DNA of 32,000 nucleotides from Xylella taiwanensis (GTDB lineage Bacteria; Pseudomonadota; Gammaproteobacteria; Xanthomonadales; Xanthomonadaceae): NCBI RefSeq assembly GCF_013177435.1, contig NZ_CP053627.1, positions 1,470,001 to 1,502,000 of the forward strand, read 5' to 3'. Shown piece by piece: positions 28,568 to 32,000 of this stretch (position 1 is its first letter; each line of letters starts with the position of its first letter). The notes under the pieces were generated by a model. It saw only the letters and a program-made list of their open reading frames with translations, ran no database searches and was not told where the DNA came from. The position numbers and the translations under genes were made by a program.

Positions 28568-29593
28568 TTGGTGTGGTGCTCTCCAACAGTGGACATTGCT
28601 TTGAAACAGCGACTGATCGGTGCCATCATCCTGGTGGCACTCGCCGTAATATTCTTACCGTTGCTGGTCAACGGCCCCGCTCCTGACAGCGGTGTGGTCG
28701 ATGTACCACTGAAAGCCCCCTCTGCACCCGACAACACCAAGTTCGAGACTCGAGAACTACCGTTACCTCCCACCACAAGCAATACCACGCCCATAGGGAA
28801 CACACCGCTGCAACCACTGCCCAGCGCAGTAAAAGGGAGCCACGATGTTGCTGATACAGCAAACGTACTGCCACCTGCCGTAGCAGCAGGTAACTATGCG
28901 GTTAACTTTGGCGCCTACTCCAGCCCCATTGATGCTAATAAAGTGATTATGCGTCTTACGCAAGCACGGCTGCCGGGATTCAGTGAAAAGATTCAGATCA
29001 ACGGGATCCCAGCTTGGCTCGTACGTATTGGGCCCTACGCTGAGCAAGCACAGGCCGAAGCAGTTCGCCTGGAGGCAATCAAGATACGCAGCGACGTTAA
29101 CGCACGCGTGGTGATTTTAGACGCAAAGCTGGAAAGCCCAGTCACTAACCCCTTGGTGCCAAGTACACCTTCGCGAACTAAACCAACCACCACGGTACAA
29201 ACTGAAACCTCTAAGCTACCGGTGAAACAAGTACCAAGCCCATCAAAACTCACTCAACCTCCTAGGGCTACCATCACTGCTGCCAAATCAGCCGCCTCAA
29301 CGGCCAAGCCACCAGTAACACCTCCCGTAGTAGCACCGAAGGTACCAGCTGCCAGTAGCATCGGTTTCGCCGTGCAGCTAGGTGCATTCGGACGGCTCGA
29401 AGACGCTAATGTCTTGTGTGACCGAGTGCGTGCAGCTGGTTTCAGCGCCTTTGTCGAGCAAGTCAACACTGATAAAGGGTTGCTACACCGTGTCCGAGTT
29501 GGACCAGTACCTAAGCGCGAAACGGCAGATCAACTCAAAGCACAAGTCGCGGCCAAGATTGGCATTATCGGTATGGTCAGGTCACATCCCTGA
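28568..29593 (+). CDS. dedD: SPOR-domain cell-division protein (DedD-like), two SPOR repeats
   Basis: It has an N-terminal anchor LKQRLIGAIILVALAVIFLPLL (E. coli DedD: FQNRLVGTIVLVALGVIVLP), a Pro/Thr-rich linker, and two SPOR domains (YAVNFGAYSS...WLVRIGPY; GFAVQLGAFGRLEDAN...LHRVRVGPV). The start is uncertain, at the GTG at 28568 or at 28589. Confidence 0.85.
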   Translation: MVWCSPTVDIALKQRLIGAIILVALAVIFLPLLVNGPAPDSGVVDVPLKAPSAPDNTKFETRELPLPPTTSNTTPIGNTPLQPLPSAVKGSHDVADTANVLPPAVAAGNYAVNFGAYSSPIDANKVIMRLTQARLPGFSEKIQINGIPAWLVRIGPYAEQAQAEAVRLEAIKIRSDVNARVVILDAKLESPVTNPLVPSTPSRTKPTTTVQTETSKLPVKQVPSPSKLTQPPRATITAAKSAASTAKPPVTPPVVAPKVPAASSIGFAVQLGAFGRLEDANVLCDRVRAAGFSAFVEQVNTDKGLLHRVRVGPVPKRETADQLKAQVAAKIGIIGMVRSHP

Positions 29594-29654
29594 TTACTGT
29601 CTCTCCCTCTCCCCCCTGAAGGCACTCGCACATGAGCGGTTCCAACTCACCGCT

Positions 29655-30203
29655 ATGGAAACTGTAACGATGATCGACCTGATCCTAGGCGTCATCATCT
29701 TAGTTTCAGCATTATTGGGATTATTACGCGGTTTTGTCAGCATTATGGTCGGTACTTCCTCCTGGCTACTGGCCAGCTGGGCGGCGTTTCAGTTCGGCGC
29801 CGCAGCTAGTCATTGGCTAGCAAGCCATCCCACACCATCAACTACTGAGACGTTCTGCGGTTATGCGTTAGTGTTCGTCGGAACTTTGATGACGGTTGGA
29901 GGAGGAGGCATGCTAATCCACGCTGGGATCGACGCAATACATTTAAACAACATAGATCGTATGTTCGGTTTTGCTTTGGGCACACTGCGCGGTGGTTTCA
30001 TTGCCTGCGTACTGCTACTGCTGTTGGGTTACACTCCATTGACCCATGAGCCTGTTTGGCGTAACTCACGATTGATACCATTGCTGCAACCCGGAGTCTC
30101 ATGGATGCACGCTAAGCTGCCAACGCAGCAATCGCACTTAATAAGGCCAATGATCAGTAATACGGATTTAAGCAGATTGCCAGTATCCGGTGATAATCGC
30201 TGA
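29655..30203 (+). CDS. cvpA: CvpA-family inner-membrane protein (colicin V production protein homologue)
   Basis: From the ATG at 29655 ([27 protein letters not shown]), or from 29670. It has 4 TM segments and [24 protein letters not shown], like E. coli CvpA. The upstream part of the 273-aa ORF overlaps dedD and is not coding. Confidence 0.9.
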   Translation: METVTMIDLILGVIILVSALLGLLRGFVSIMVGTSSWLLASWAAFQFGAAASHWLASHPTPSTTETFCGYALVFVGTLMTVGGGGMLIHAGIDAIHLNNIDRMFGFALGTLRGGFIACVLLLLLGYTPLTHEPVWRNSRLIPLLQPGVSWMHAKLPTQQSHLIRPMISNTDLSRLPVSGDNR

Positions 30204-30345
30204 TATCCAGTCCAAACTATGCTCTTTAGGCCAACATCGACCCATTGCAGGTGTACGCTGGAGAATACAATATCCTGCAAATTTAAAGTTCACGGCCCAG
30301 CATCCACAAACTCACAGTACAAGCTGCAGCGGAGAACACTCAATC

Positions 30346-31803
30346 ATGTGCGGTATCCTCGGTATCGTTGGGAACCAAAATGTTGCTGGTCAACTCTATG
30401 ACGGTCTGACCGTCTTGCAGCATCGTGGACAAGATGCTGCTGGCATTGCCACAGCCGCCGGCACTCGTTTGCGCGTTCAAAAGGCCAATGGTTTGGTACG
30501 CGACGTGTTCGACGAACAGCATATGGCGGTGCTTGATGGCCGTATGGGGATTGCTCATTGCCGTTATCCAACTGCTGGCTCTGAAGGTATGGACGAGGCA
30601 CAGCCTTTTTACGTTAACTCACCATATGGCATCGCTTTAGCACATAATGGCAATCTGATCAATACAGAAGTACTACACCAGCAGGTGTTCGAAGCGGACA
30701 GACGTAACATCAATACCGACTCCGACAGCGAGGTGCTACTGAACGTATTTGCATACGAGTTAGATGCGCAACGTATGCTCACTCCAGAAGCGGCAATCCG
30801 TGCGGTGGCAGGAGTCCATCGCCGCTGTAAGGGTGGCTACGCAGTGGTCAGTGTGGTATTGGGACTGGGACTGGTTGCATTCCGTGATCCACACGGCATC
30901 CGTCCGTTGGTGCTTGGCAAGCGCGAACATACCGAAGGTGACGAATACATGGTCGCCTCTGAATCGGCGGCACTCGATATCCTAGGGTTTATACGTATGC
31001 GAGACGTGCGTCCGGGTGAAGCGGTGGTGATTACCGCACGTGGCGAGCTATTCTCCGAGATCTGCACCACGCCTACCAACCATGCTCCTTGCATCTTCGA
31101 GTACGTGTACTTCGCACGTCCCGATTCGATGATCGACAACATTTCAGTGCATAAGGCGCGTATGCGTATGGGTGTGAAATTAGGTGAAAAGATCCTGCGC
31201 TTGCGCCCAAATCACGATATCGACACCATCATTCCGATCCCGGACACCTCACGCGATGCAGCGTTGGAGATATCTAACGTACTCGGCGTCAAGTATCGCG
31301 AAGGTTTCGTTAAGAATCGCTACGTTGGCCGCACTTTTATCATGCCAGGGCAGGGGGAACGAGTTAAGTCCGTACGTCGTAAACTAAACCCAATTCATTT
31401 GGAATTCCGAAACCGCGTGGTGCTGTTGATCGACGATTCAATTGTTCGCGGCACCACCAGCCGCCAGATTGTCCAGATGGTACGTGATGCCGGCGCACGC
31501 AAGGTGTACTTGGCAAGTGCTGCACCACCAGTGCGTTATCCAAACGTGTATGGCATCGACATGCCAGCAGCAGATGAATTAATCGCGCATGATCGTACTG
31601 AACAGGAAATACAGTGCCTTCTTGGCTGCGACTGGTTGATTTACCAAGATTTAGAGGATCTAGAAAGCGCTGTGCGCGAGGGAAACCAAGAAATCAAGCA
31701 ATTTGACTCATCGTGCTTCAATGGTAACTATATCACTGGAATTGAACGAGGCTATTTAGATCGGATCCGTCAAATACGCTCCGATGACCTCAAGCGAAAA
31801 TAA
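30346..31803 (+). CDS. purF: Amidophosphoribosyltransferase
   Basis: The ATG at 30346 gives MCGILGIVG (N-terminal Cys nucleophile, no propeptide), with GGAGAA 9 nt upstream. The PRPP-binding loop [15 protein letters not shown] is present. Length is 485 aa. Confidence 0.96.
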   Translation: MCGILGIVGNQNVAGQLYDGLTVLQHRGQDAAGIATAAGTRLRVQKANGLVRDVFDEQHMAVLDGRMGIAHCRYPTAGSEGMDEAQPFYVNSPYGIALAHNGNLINTEVLHQQVFEADRRNINTDSDSEVLLNVFAYELDAQRMLTPEAAIRAVAGVHRRCKGGYAVVSVVLGLGLVAFRDPHGIRPLVLGKREHTEGDEYMVASESAALDILGFIRMRDVRPGEAVVITARGELFSEICTTPTNHAPCIFEYVYFARPDSMIDNISVHKARMRMGVKLGEKILRLRPNHDIDTIIPIPDTSRDAALEISNVLGVKYREGFVKNRYVGRTFIMPGQGERVKSVRRKLNPIHLEFRNRVVLLIDDSIVRGTTSRQIVQMVRDAGARKVYLASAAPPVRYPNVYGIDMPAADELIAHDRTEQEIQCLLGCDWLIYQDLEDLESAVREGNQEIKQFDSSCFNGNYITGIERGYLDRIRQIRSDDLKRK

Positions 31804-32000
31804 GCCACTTAATATGAGCATCAACAATCAAGAGCAGCAAGAGCCTACAACGCGGACCAAATTAAACTCGAAAAAAGCATGTACTAAAAACTAATAAGCA
31901 CCAAAAAAGCGGTGAACCCAGCCCCCCGGCATGGATCCACCGCAAAGGAAGTTTTATTTTATACATGGCACTCATTACTGCGATTGCAGAAAAAAGCACT

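Noticed and set aside
29655..30203. Functional link between cvpA (colicin V production protein) and the double-glycine peptide at 11.3-11.6 kb
   Set aside because: cvpA sits in the universally conserved folC-dedD-cvpA-purF housekeeping block 18 kb away. Its name is historical, and the proximity is not evidence of a shared system.

Overview
The window reads as a chromosomal segment from a moderate-GC gammaproteobacterium. Protein sequences and gene order look Xanthomonadales/Xylella-like, but that is inference only. Most of it is housekeeping: tRNA-Lys(UUU), queC, aspS, class I fumarate hydratase, xthA, an Sfp-type phosphopantetheinyl transferase, rsmG, tkt, a DAACS-family symporter, msrA, an HU-like protein, dcp, and the conserved folC-dedD-cvpA-purF block. 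Several accessory or decayed patches interrupt this backbone. (1) At the left edge, a phage-type HTH reading frame runs into the 3' end of tRNA-Lys, which may mark an island or prophage junction. (2) At 3981-6522 there is a decayed Tn3-family transposon with recognisable 38-bp terminal inverted repeats. Its tnpR is frameshifted and its tnpA is heavily deleted, but it carries an intact short-chain dehydrogenase passenger gene. (3) At about 8.1-12.3 kb there is a visibly AT-rich, gene-poor patch. It holds a membrane-anchored S41 peptidase and, co-oriented just upstream, a 98-codon ORF whose N-terminus closely matches a double-glycine bacteriocin/microcin leader. This is the best candidate here for an undescribed module: a bacteriocin-like precursor paired with an NSR-like protease. 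(4) Two adjacent heptanucleotide tandem repeats lie upstream of xthA. (5) Stretches of about 1.4 kb with no convincing gene flank the HU-like gene. No CRISPR array, rRNA or recognisable defence system was seen. All calls come from reading the sequence and the ORF track. No database search was run.
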